Part shown: positions 23,332-34,107 of the stretch, piece after piece
How the letters are laid out: each line of letters starts with the position of its first letter
Numbering within the stretch: the first letter of the stretch is position 1
Source: Paraspadella gotoi
Taxonomy: Eukaryota; Animalia; Chaetognatha
Reading direction: 5' to 3'
NCBI GenBank assembly: GCA_051294375.1
Contig: JBJCIZ010001324.1
Coordinates: forward strand, 1 to 44,092
Length of the DNA: 44,092 nt
Position numbers and translations under genes: made by a program
Notes under the pieces: generated by a model
The model's input: only the letters and a program-made list of their open reading frames with translations
The model's database searches: none
Told to the model about the DNA's origin: nothing

Positions 23332-24190
23332 GTACGGTCTGTTAAAATGTCCGTCTGAATTGTCAGATGTCTCATCTCACGTGAAAGACAGTCGTGTGAA
23401 ACATGCTTTTGGTATTGGTAAATCTACGTTTGAAGTTGGAGATGACTTCATAAATGTGAAAAAAAAGAAACCGTTCGAAAAAAGAGATCTAATTTTAATT
23501 TAGTATCTTAAAGCACTCCACATATTTATTTGGTTTACAATAGTACGTAAACCAGGCATTAACACCGTAGAGTAAAAGTCACGTACGTGTCCATCTTTTA
23601 TTATACTCTAATATCGCGAGAATCGCTTAGTAAAAACCGCGTTAACTTTATTTATTTCGGAAATTACGACTCCCTCCCTCCCGGTCTTTTGCCGCCCGCC
23701 GCCGCCAGCGCTCTCCGCCAGCCGCCGCCGCCGCCGCCGACCGCAGTCGATACCTTATACTTATGACCGTCAACGCATAAAATTTTCCTGCATCCAAACA
23801 CGAGAAAAAAAAGGTTGTTCGTGTTTGTAAAAACATTTATGCCTTTCGCACGAATCCCACAGTATGCGCCCGATTTTTTTTTATGCATCTTTCTCACTCC
23901 GCCGAAAGAGAGACGAGACGGTTTTCGAAAAGGATGGGCGTGGGAGCGAGTGTCGTCGTCGTTGTCGCTCGTCGGTAGTTTTAAATCACAATTTTAACAT
24001 CACGGCTTTATTTTTATTGTAATTATTTATTTTTTTAAAGAGATGATCAATTCTTGATGCATGCGCGAACGAATTTTTTCAACTTTGCAATGACGTCGTG
24101 ACAATCTTTTTCCTCCGCCGTTTAAACTACACTACCCCATGAATCACCACCTCACCTGCACTAAACGCTTTCCTCTTCTTCTCTCCCAAG

Positions 24191-24335
24191 GCGGTGGTGG
24201 ACGGCGACGCCTTCAACGCCCCAAAGTGACGACCGGCCAAAAAAGTGCGACATTAAATATTTGCGGCGTTACGGCGCCAACTGCGGTCTACGATGAAAAC
24301 GCGACGCGGCGGAGTGCGTCTGCAGTCCAGTTGTG
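24191..24335 (+). CDS. AGRN: Agrin exon, linker plus follistatin-N module 1
   Basis: Consensus ~AVVDGDAFNAQSDAAKKCDIKYCAFGANCVYDEKRDAAECVCKSSC. Confidence 0.8.
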
Positions 24336-24626
24336 GTGGGGGGGGGGACTAAGGTGGGGGGGTTGTGGGAGAGGAGAGAATTGGAGCCGAAAATTTGGTT
24401 TTTTGAAATTTTATTAAGATCGTGCATGGAGTCATATATGATTATTTTATTTTATTTTATTGACTTGTGATTCTAGTTTTCAAGGCATTCACTTTGCACA
24501 CTTATTGACAACTGAACTTTATGGGAGGAAACTTTTAAAAAAAAACAAACTTAATATCTTAAAAATAATAATAAAAAAATATATCTCCACTCTCTCTCTT
24601 TCTCTTTTCTCTCCTCCCTCTTTCTG

Positions 24627-24658
<32 letters not shown>

Positions 24659-24865
24659 TCTCTCTCTCTTGACTCTCTCTCATTCTCTCTCTCTCTCTCA
24701 CTCTCTCTCTCTTAAAATAATTTAAATTAAGTCATAAAAAAAAATATTCGACTGCTAAATTTAAGAGAGGATCATTACTGAACGCGAACGGCGCTTCCAA
24801 CCAAAGAGGATTTCTGACGCTTCTCGGTCAATGACCCGAAATTATTTCGCTAACTATCTAATCTA

Positions 24866-25472
24866 TATCTAATACTTATAGGGAGTGGTCTTTTTCATAA
24901 CAATTGGAAACATTCTTTGATATTTAATAGAGCCACTTCATTGATAGGGAGCCAGGTACTCCGGGAGTGAATAAACGTAGATTGTGAAGAGAGTCTTGAT
25001 TGAAGCTTGTTCAGGGACCTGCTATGTCATTATCTTTGTAAGAGTGATGGAGGCCATTAAACCACCAAAAGCCTGTCCAAAGGTCAGGGGCAAGAATGGC
25101 TTATTTATTAAATGATGGATAATTTTATATTGGTTTGTAACCAATTTCATAATTCAGCTCCTTGTATTTTGATGCTAGTGCGGAGTAACAATAAGTACTT
25201 TCCGATCTAATACTAAGGGAGTGGTCTTTACATACAATTGAAACATTTTTGAATATATACATTCATGATAGGGAAGACCAGGTAACTCCGGGAGTGAATA
25301 ACGAGACTGTGAGAGAGTCTTGATTGAAAGCTTGGCAGGGACTTGCCTATGTCATTATCTTGTAAGAGTGATGGAGGCCTTAAACCACCAAAGCCTGTCC
25401 AAAGTCAGGGGCAAGATAGCTTATTTATTAAATGAATGATAATTTTTTATATTGGTTGTGTAACAATTCCAT
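24866..25472 (+). repeat. Intronic ~340-bp tandem duplication (about 1.8 copies)
   Basis: 24866-25150 is repeated at 25206-25472. Also present in the mirror arm at ~39450-40080. Confidence 0.9.
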
Positions 25473-25753
25473 ATCCTAAGAGAATCTGAATTTAATTTTC
25501 TGGGTCCCGATACGAAACACCTTACCTGACCTCGAAGCAATAAGCTAATTGCGAAATTTTTGTACTAATGAATTTTTATATTTTCATTGTTTATGGCATG
25601 GTAAGGAAAATCTCGTACATTATATTTTTTCATTAAGATTTTATGTTTTGTTAATCTCCATTATTTAAATTCGGTTCCAAGTCGATCCGACAGTTCCAAT
25701 CGACTGCTCCTGAGGGCAAAAAGACGTAGACCATCCAATTTTTTTTTTCTCAG

Positions 25754-25826
25754 CTACCGAGTGCTCACCGTCTTCACTCCGTTTGCGAATCCGAAACATA
25801 TCGCCACTTACGAAAAATGAGTGCGC
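25754..25826 (+). CDS. AGRN: Agrin exon, Kazal 1 core
   Basis: Consensus ~VCGSDNATYENECA. ttttctcag acceptor, gtgagt donor. Confidence 0.75.
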
Positions 25827-25936
25827 GTGAGTCGTGTGTAAAGTTGTAACATCAACATTGTATTAAATTTAAAGAAAATTTTTATCTTGAACTATTTTTT
25901 CTTGCTCTCTCTTCCCCTCCTTTTCTCGCACCGCAG

Positions 25937-26101
25937 CTCCGCAAGACGCGTTGCAAGGCATGCAGCGCCGCATTCTGCTGCGGCACCGTTTGGAGGCTGC
26001 AACGTCGTGATCCCTGCGCGGAGAAGAGACTGCGGATTCGGCGCCCGGTGCGAATCTTCGTTTAGACGGGAAGTCGGGCGCTTATGCGTCTGTCCCGAAG
26101 A
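25937..26101 (+). CDS. AGRN: Agrin exon, Kazal 1 end plus follistatin-N module 2
   Basis: Consensus LRKTRCKQQRRILLRHRGGCNVRDPCAEKDCGFGARCESSLDGSSARCVCPE closely resembles agrin C.QQRRIRLL..GPCGSRDPC..V.CSFG..C..SADG.TASCLCP. Confidence 0.9.
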
Positions 26102-26193
26102 GTTGAGTCCTTGTTCTTATTCTTGTCTTCCATAATGATTAGCAAATTTACGCGTCGGTTTAGCTTTTATTTCCGAGTTTGGAAAAACCTGCG

Positions 26194-26328
26194 ATGCAAA
26201 TCGATGGGGCGACGCAGCGGCAATCTCGTTTTGCGGCAAGCGATGCGTCGGATATCCAGCACGTCCTGTCAACTCAAGAGATCGCGCCTGTCCAATCAGC
26301 AGGGAGATCCAATGTTCAAGTATTTTAG
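26194..26328 (+). CDS. AGRN: Agrin exon, Kazal 2
   Basis: Consensus ~CKSMGDAAANPVCGNDGVDYPS.CQLKRSAC.NQ.EI.VKYF. Confidence 0.85.
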   Translation: MQIDGATQRQSRFAASDASDIQHVLSTQEIAPVQSAGRSNVQVF

Positions 26329-26390
26329 GTTAGTATCTCTCCTCTCTCTCTCATTCCTCCATGCTCTCCTCTCTCTCGTTCCTCTCTCTC

Positions 26391-29300
26391 TCACGGCAGT
26401 AGAACTGTCCTGAAACAGAAACAACTTGTCTCCGTTGTGGGGGCAAACACAGCCACAAAGAGTGCAAATCCATAGCATTGAAATGTAGCAACTGTGGAGG
26501 AGACCATACCTCAAACTCGAGACACTGCACTGTACTTCAAGAAGCCCATAAAGCCCAAGAAGAGAGAAGAACCAATAATCAACAAACCACTTTGGTAAAA
26601 CCCTCCTATGCAAATTCTGTAAAAACCAAAAACACAATTTCTGAATCAGACCTTCAAATATATTTTACACTACTGCCTGCATGGTTCGGGAAATTTCGAC
26701 AACAGAAAAAGAAAATCTCACCGACTCAATTTCTCTTGACCCTGAGCGAAAATATGGTGAAAAGCTTCAAAAAACAGAGCATGTTTGTGAGCAATAACGT
26801 ATCCAAAAGTGTTTCTGAGGTGACAATAACATCAGATAACAATAAAGATCCTGCCTCTCCAAATCCAACAACAACAACTGAAATAAGCTCTAGTTGGGCT
26901 GACAGCATATGCCCCGCCTTTCTGGGAATACTCGACAATGAAAAACAAAGCTCTGACAATGTCTTCCACTCTAGTCAGTCAACTCTGACAAATCTGTCCA
27001 GTAGTCAACTTCTCACAGAAGGAAGGAGACTCAGTATTGGAAGAACACTTCCAAAAGAGCCAATCGCACAAACCAAAGCAAAAACAAAAAACCATCTGAA
27101 ATCGAGTGCAACCGAGAAAGGTAAAGCAGCTAGCAATGGAAATGGATTACAATAATTTCTGTATTTTGATGCTTAATACTAATGGAAATCCTACACGACT
27201 AACTGAGCTAAAAAATTTGGTAGCGGAAATGTCGAGAAAAAAATGTCTTTTACTTGTCTTTAACGATATCAGAACACAAAATGTAAACACCTTAGATTTT
27301 AAAAACTTTAAATTTATATTGAAAAATAATTCCAATAATCCAACATCAGCAAGCGGTGTCTGTATAGGGGTGCCAAAAGACTTCAGTGCCCGTGAAATGG
27401 AAGAAAGCCTAAAATTCAATGAGGGGCTGATCGCAGAAATTCAATCCCCAGAGGGAGAAAATCTAATCATAGGCACATTGTACAATCACCCGGGCCACCA
27501 ACTTCCTGACGACTTTATTGCAAGATGGAGCGGGGTTAACAACTCGAAACATAAAATCCTATTGGGGGATTTTAACTCTCCTTCAAAATACTTAGGGGCC
27601 AGAACTGATTCTGCTNNNNNNNNNNNNNNNNNNNNNNTAGTTGTCAAATACAAACTTAATAACATACACACTGACTTGCCAACATACATAAGTAAAATAA
27701 ACGGAGAATGGAATGTCTTAGACTATGTTTTTTGTAACAATGATACTGTGAACAAAGTAGAAGGTTATGAAGTTTTAGATGACGTAGGCAGTGATCACTT
27801 GCCAAGCCTAACAAAAATCCATATTAACAAGATAAAAATACAGAGAGAACACATAACTAAACTCGATTTTGTAAAATTTAAACAATTATGTTCGGAAAAA
27901 TTTGCGAATGTTCCAATGAACGAAGACTCCTGGAAAGCAACAGATACAGAAGATAAGGTTGAGATCTGGAGCAAAATTGTCCAGCAAGCAAAAAAAGAAA
28001 GCGAATACGAGTGCAAAATCCATACTAGGAATGGGTGCAAACTCTCTTTTATGACAATAAAAGCCATAGAAAGAAAACGCTCAATGGCAAAAGAGAAACG
28101 AGACAAAGACCACTTCAATAGTTTGACAAATCTTGAAAAAATAAAATGGAGACATGAATTCAATTATATCTCCCGTGAAGTCAAAAGAAGACTAAAAGAA
28201 GATAAATATCTTTATGAACAAAGCATATGTCATGTCAATTGAAAAGGAAGTTGACAGCGAAAAAAGTGGGACTAATATGATATGTAATTGGGTAGCAAAG
28301 GAGAGAGTGTAGCAGGCGGACTGCATGGCTTAAAAAAGAAAACGGCACATACAATACAAACAAGAGAGAAATTAGACATGTTTGCAGAAGCAGAATGGAA
28401 AATGCATGCCTGAAACCAAAAAACACCAGGGGATTTTTTCTGAAGTTTGACGAATTCAAAATCCAGAACCAGAATCTTCTTAAACCAAACAATGACAATC
28501 ACAGATCAGAACTAAGCAAATCTTGCAGATGTCGAAACGGTCATGACCAGCTTTATACAGAATCTAAAAAATCGATCTGCACCTGGTAAGGATGGATTAA
28601 CCCAGTTATCTGTCACAAAACAAATTGATAATACTATAGGTCCAGAAAAAAAGTCTCCCTTTAATTAGGAATTATTTTGCTGGTAGAGAATAATGGAAGA
28701 GAGGTCTCATGAAGGGTCTGTTGATCTCTAAAGACTGAGAGACCTGAGAATGCTCGGCACAAGCCTGCAAATCCACTGATAGTAAAAGCTATCGTCCTAT
28801 AAAAGCTTAATATCTGGTTGTTGGAAAAATTAACTCTGGAAAGAGTGATCAAGAAACAGCTTTGTTAAATACACCAACTTCTTAGGTACTATAGGGTCCT
28901 CTTCAATCTGCTTAAATAAAAAAATAGGGGTGCTAAGAGAATGTAATAAGACTCCGTAGAAGATATCAACTCGGGGTTTCGAAAAAGAAAGTGCACGCAT
29001 TGCTGTTGCTTTAGATTTCTCTGTCGTTTTAACTCAAATGTGGAGGGCGATGGCCTATCATATTAAAAAATGTTAAGCCAGATATTCGCAGAAGAGGCTG
29101 ATAAGAATAATCAATGTCATACTTACACAGATGAGAGATGAAGTTGTGACAAGGCAACAACCTTATATTAAAACAGTAAACGCTGCAAAAAGGTGCCCAA
29201 CACGTGACAGGGATAAATCAGGTCCAAACATCTTTACATTTTTAACGTGGAACGATCTTTCCAACTGAAACATGGTTTGGTAAGCAGGGGTGCAAAAGTA

Positions 29301-30288
29301 CGGCAGACGGACACAATCCATCTGGGCGAGCGGGAAAAACTCTAGATGGAAAGCAAAAAGACAAACTACAACATAGCAGTTCTCAACAAAAATTGTAAGA
29401 TGGTGTGAAACTGGCAACTACAATTATCAGCCAAGGCTAAATCAGTTGCAACCATTTTTAGTAGGTGTTCCAAGGCAGTCATAATGGTTCTATAGGAACT
29501 TTACCTCGGCGATGAACAAAGTTGTTTTCAACAAGGAATTGAAAATTGCTTGGGATGGTCCTGATAATAAACTACAATGGGGCAAATTCATATGACCAAC
29601 TCACTGAATAAACGCAAAAACAAAATCATGGCTAATCAAAAACTAGCAAACAAAGGGAAAAATAAACAACTTTAGATTCTGTGTTTTCAGGTTTACAATG
29701 AGCCTTGTCAGCTATCTAATTTTTGATTAACTCTAGTGTAATCTGGCTTACAATGTCGATCATCAGTGCTATAATTATGAGAAGCTTACATTTGAGAGCC
29801 ATAGAGAACATTTAAAGTCTGTCGCAATTCCATACTCAGCAAAGCTCGTATACGATCAGCAGGGAGAATCCTCCCTCAAAAAACAAAATCATCCAAGAGC
29901 CAAGGAAAGGCTAGAAACATCAGATCAGAGAACACTTCACTCTGATTTTGGGACACGAGGAGGAAGCGACAGTGACGTGTGAAGGGACCACAAGGGGAGG
30001 AGGACGCCACATCGATATAGAGAGTTACATTTTACCCCCAGAGAGATGACGGATATCAAATCTTGTTATCTTAAATTTTAATGGTTTTGATTGTCCTAAA
30101 CCAAAATCGCTAATTTTAAAAGAGTGTTCCTACAGACTTTTTCCGTTGTAAATGTTTAGTAATCTTTAATGTTGAAACATCATTCTGTTGTTATTGCGTA
30201 CAACGATATTAAATTGAGCCAAAAGGCTACATAGGCCGCAAATAGGGCGTGCCCAAGGCCGTATTCGTTTTTATATTCATTCATTCAT
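26391..30288 (+). mobile_element. LINE copy 2, 5'-truncated, inserted sense in an agrin intron inside a (TC)n tract
   Basis: Begins inside the first zinc knuckle. ORF1 C-terminus at 26478-27155; endonuclease (LNTNG, GDFNS, LDYVF, GSDHLP) from 27136; degraded RT; (ATTC)3 tail. (TC)n on both sides. Confidence 0.95.
27136..28242 (+). CDS. LINE ORF2 N-terminal part: AP endonuclease domain and linker
   Basis: ATG at 27136 is in frame with the 378-aa ORF. APE motifs NxNG, YxxP, GDFN, LDY and SDH are present. 22-N gap at 27616-27637. Confidence 0.9.
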   Translation: MEMDYNNFCILMLNTNGNPTRLTELKNLVAEMSRKKCLLLVFNDIRTQNVNTLDFKNFKFILKNNSNNPTSASGVCIGVPKDFSAREMEESLKFNEGLIAEIQSPEGENLIIGTLYNHPGHQLPDDFIARWSGVNNSKHKILLGDFNSPSKYLGARTDSAXXXXXXXXVVKYKLNNIHTDLPTYISKINGEWNVLDYVFCNNDTVNKVEGYEVLDDVGSDHLPSLTKIHINKIKIQREHITKLDFVKFKQLCSEKFANVPMNEDSWKATDTEDKVEIWSKIVQQAKKESEYECKIHTRNGCKLSFMTIKAIERKRSMAKEKRDKDHFNSLTNLEKIKWRHEFNYISREVKRRLKEDKYLYEQSICHVN

Positions 30289-30394
30289 CTCTCTCTCTCT
30301 CGCGCATTCTTTAGACATCTATGGCCAAAAATAAATTTACCATTTTATACATTATTAAATAAGAGTTCAATACCGTATATATTTACACACGCGA

Positions 30395-30614
30395 AAGACA
30401 TAATGCGACCGCATGCGCCGGCCACGATTGCGGGGCGGACCGAGTCTGCCAACTCAAACGAATACCGGCGGCCAACGGTGTCGATGCGCGTGAGTGACTG
30501 CACCGGCACCGGATCGGACGCGACGGGCGGTCTGCGGGTCGGACGGGCGTTCTTATCCGTGATGAGTGTCGTACTGAGGGTGGCAGCGTGGTCGGCGGCG
30601 TAAGGGAAATCATG
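30395..30614 (+). CDS. AGRN: Agrin exon, follistatin/Kazal repeat 3
   Basis: Consensus ~KCDPCAGHDCGADRVCQLNEYRRPTCRC..DCTGTGSDATAVCGSDGRSYPDECRLRVAACRRRREI. Start coordinate is approximate. Confidence 0.9.
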
Positions 30615-31097
30615 GTGTGTGGGAAGGGTATAGTGGGTACAGCGCAGCGGTGGTGGAAAACAGTTCAAACCAGATACAATTTGTTTGGTTTTTATGCCAA
30701 AATCTCGCCTCACCTATTTTTTTCTTAGCCAAAAATAATGAATTTCCTTCACGTGCATTTGTGGCGATACTTGGGACGAAGAGTTTTCTCTATTGTCTTC
30801 TCTTTGAATTTATAGTGATAATTACGTTTATGTTCATTAGTAATTGAAGGATCATTATTTTTTTAATTGATTTTTCTTAACGAAGATAAATAATAATATA
30901 ATAATTTTTTCTAGGCAAAAAAGCGGGAAAATTAAGAACAAGAGGAGCTTTGATTGGCATGTTTTAATTAAGAAATCAATATAAAGCCAAGTATCAATAA
31001 TGGATTGCCATCGCTCTCTCTCATGTCCTCTGCTCTCTCTCTCCTGCTCTTCTTCTCTCTCTTCGTCTCTCTCTCTCTCTTCTCTCTCCGTCCTCAG

Positions 31098-31206
31098 AGT
31101 TATATCTCGGCGGAAAGTGCGCGTTCTTGGAACAATGCCTTGTCACGAAATCCGCTGTCACGTCGGCGCCGAGTGTCCGCTGGTCGATCGAAATCGGATG
31201 GAGCAG
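31098..31206 (+). CDS. AGRN: Agrin exon, Kazal 3 end plus follistatin-N module 4
   Basis: Consensus ~VISRGKCASWNNPCHEIRCHVGAEC.VDRNRM.Q. cctcag acceptor, gtgagg donor. Confidence 0.85.
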
Positions 31207-33085
31207 GTGAGGCCGAGCGTCGCGTCGACGTCGTCGTCGTCGTCTCCGTCTTTTTTAATATTTTTTTTTTTCGAACGTTTTGAAAAGTTTTAAAAATTTA
31301 ACATATTTTACATGCACCATGAGGCCTTTTTGAGTGGGCAATATTGTTTTTGCGAATCTCTATTGAATAGGAAGAATTGGAGTTAAGCCTTTCATGAATC
31401 TCCTGTCTGCTCAAAAAAAATGTTTCATTTCAAATTCTCAATAAAAAATGGCAAAAAAATGAAATTACATTTTAATAACAAATTATTTGATAGAATTTTA
31501 TAATAATCAGTATAATATATGGTTTAATATATTTGGAGAGATTGGGAGGATATTTTCTTTTTTTCCTCTTATGCGACGCCTGGAAAAGTGCATTACGTCA
31601 ATAATCCATTGACTTGAATGACGACAAGAACGCACGCACGTCAATGAAGATGGCAAAAAATCGAGTCAAGATTTAATGTGGATATTTTCGCGTTTTCGCT
31701 TTTGATATTTTCAATAAATCATTTATTAATTCGTATCAACGAGAAAACAGCAAAAAGAAACAACGAACGAACAATTTTTTTTTTCTAAATTAACTACCTA
31801 AAGTCGATTAATGGTAATGTAAAAAAAATTCCAAACCGAAACGAAACGGTAGTCATGGTTCTTTTGCTCTCTCTCTCTCTCTCTCTCTCTGCTCTCTCTC
31901 TCTCTCTCCTCTCTTTCTCTCCTCTCTCTCTCTCTCCGCCTCTCTTTCTCGAAAAGCCGTCCAAATTGATATCTTCTCTTTTCCTCCATTTTTTAATGAA
32001 TTGTCAATTGTTTTTGAGAGAGAGAGAGAAGAGAGAGAGATGAGAAGAGAGAGAGAGAAGAGAGAGAGGAGAGAGAGGAGAGGAGAGAATTCGCAGCAAG
32101 AATTAAAAAACGCCGAGAGATGAACAGCAAGCTCATGCCCGTAACTAGCACAGATAATTGGTTTTTTAATATTGAATAAAACAGTTTTAGAAGAACAGCT
32201 TTTATTCTAACACATTTTCTGCTTTGCACCACGGCCCGGCCTCTCCGCGACCGATGATAATTAACAAGAACATCCTTTCGCCGAGAGAGTTTTCTCAATT
32301 CAACCACTTTTAATTTTTTTAACTGTCGCTTGTGCTCCTGAAGGCCAAAGTGGGTTTTCGTCTGGGCTAACCATTGATTTCGATTTATAGGGGAAATGCT
32401 CATCGTCATCCGTCTGGTTAGATTCTCTTGACTTCAAAATCTGGAGAAGGAATAAGTTAACAAGCACATAAAGCACCCCAAATATCTATAAGAACAATCC
32501 ACACGGTCGTTCCCCGAAAATTCCAACACGAAAGCGCAGAAAAAGATAGAAATTCAAAAATACGGATCATTTCGGCCTTTCAGAAAACGGCGCACTCAAA
32601 TCAACTTAAATTTGACGAGAGAAATTGGGGGGGGTGTTCCTCTCTCTCTTGTCTCTTATCCCTCCTCTGTCCCCTCTCTCTTTCGCTTTGTTCTGGTGAA
32701 TTTTGGGAACGACCGTGGTTCTTATGGATTTATTATGGGTGTATGTGTAACTTGATTCGTTTGCTCAGATTTGAGTGCAGAAGAAATCTAACCAGACCGT
32801 TAGAGAGAGTCATTTCCCTATAAATGAAATCAAAGTTAGCCCAGACGAAAACCCACATTTGGCCATTCGGCACAAGGACTAGTTAAAAAATTAAAGTGGT
32901 TGAGAAACTCTCTCGGCGAAAGATGTTCTTGTAATTATGCAGCGCGAGAGGCGGCGTGTTTGGAAAAGCAGAATATGGTGAAAAAACTGTTCTAAACTGT
33001 TTTTAATTGCAATATATAAAAAAAATATCTGGCTAGTTACGGGCATGGTTTTCTGTTTCATCCTGTTTTATATTCTGCTGCGTGT

Positions 33086-33118
<33 letters not shown>

Positions 33119-33238
33119 ATCTCTGAGCTTTCTCCTCTCTCTCTCTCTCTCTCTGCTCAAAACAATTGAAATTCCATTAAAAAAATGGAGAGAAGAGAAG
33201 AAGATATCAATGGACTTTTCGAGAAAGAGAGAGAGAAG

Positions 33239-33293
<55 letters not shown>

Positions 33294-33929
33294 AAAAGAA
33301 CCATGATACGTTCGTTCGGTGGAATTGTTTTTTACATACCATTAATCAACTTTAGGTAGAAATTTAAAGAAAAAAAATTGTTCGTTCGTTGTTTCTTTGC
33401 TGTTTGGCGTTTGATACGTAATATAAATGTTATTGAAATATCAAAAGCGAAAAACGGAAAATATCCACATTTAAATCTGAACTCGACTTTTTGCCATCTT
33501 CCCATTGAACGTGGGCGTAATTGTCGTCATCAAAAAGTCAAATATTATTGACGTAATGCACTTTTACAGGCGTCGCATAGAGGAAAAAAATAATATCCTC
33601 CAATATCGATTATTAAACCATATATTATACGATTATTATAAAATTCTACAATAAGTTGTATTATGTTAATTCTTCATTTTTTATGCCATGTTTTATGAGA
33701 ATTTGGAAATGAACATTTTTTTTTGGGCAGAAGACAGAGATCATCGAAGTGCTACCCACGTTCCACATCTTCCTATTCATAGAGATCGCAACAAATATTG
33801 CAGCTCAAAAGGCCTATGGGCATGTAAATATGTAAAATTTAAAACGTTTTCAAAAACGTCGAAAAAAAAAATTATAAAAAAGACGACGACGACGACGACG
33901 GACGTCCGACGGCGACGCCTCGCCTCAAC

Positions 33930-34054
33930 CTGTTCCATCGCGATTTCGAGATCGACGTGACACTCCGGCGCCGACTGACAGCGGATTTCGTGACAAGGAA
34001 TTGTTCCAAGACGCGCACTTTCCGCGAGTTATAACTCTGGACGAGAGAGAGAGA

Positions 34055-34107
<53 letters not shown>

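Noticed and set aside
23690-23742. (GCC)n as a polyalanine exon
   Set aside because: It sits in an agrin intron, and the flanking exons join without it.
22837-31206. Agrin as a pseudogene
   Set aside because: Frameshifts differ between the arms and cancel in consensus, with cysteines and splice sites retained, which fits read error.
32545-32675. PacBio adapter at the palindrome centre
   Set aside because: Only a generic CT-rich resemblance; the (GTT)n/(AAC)n part of the adapter is absent.
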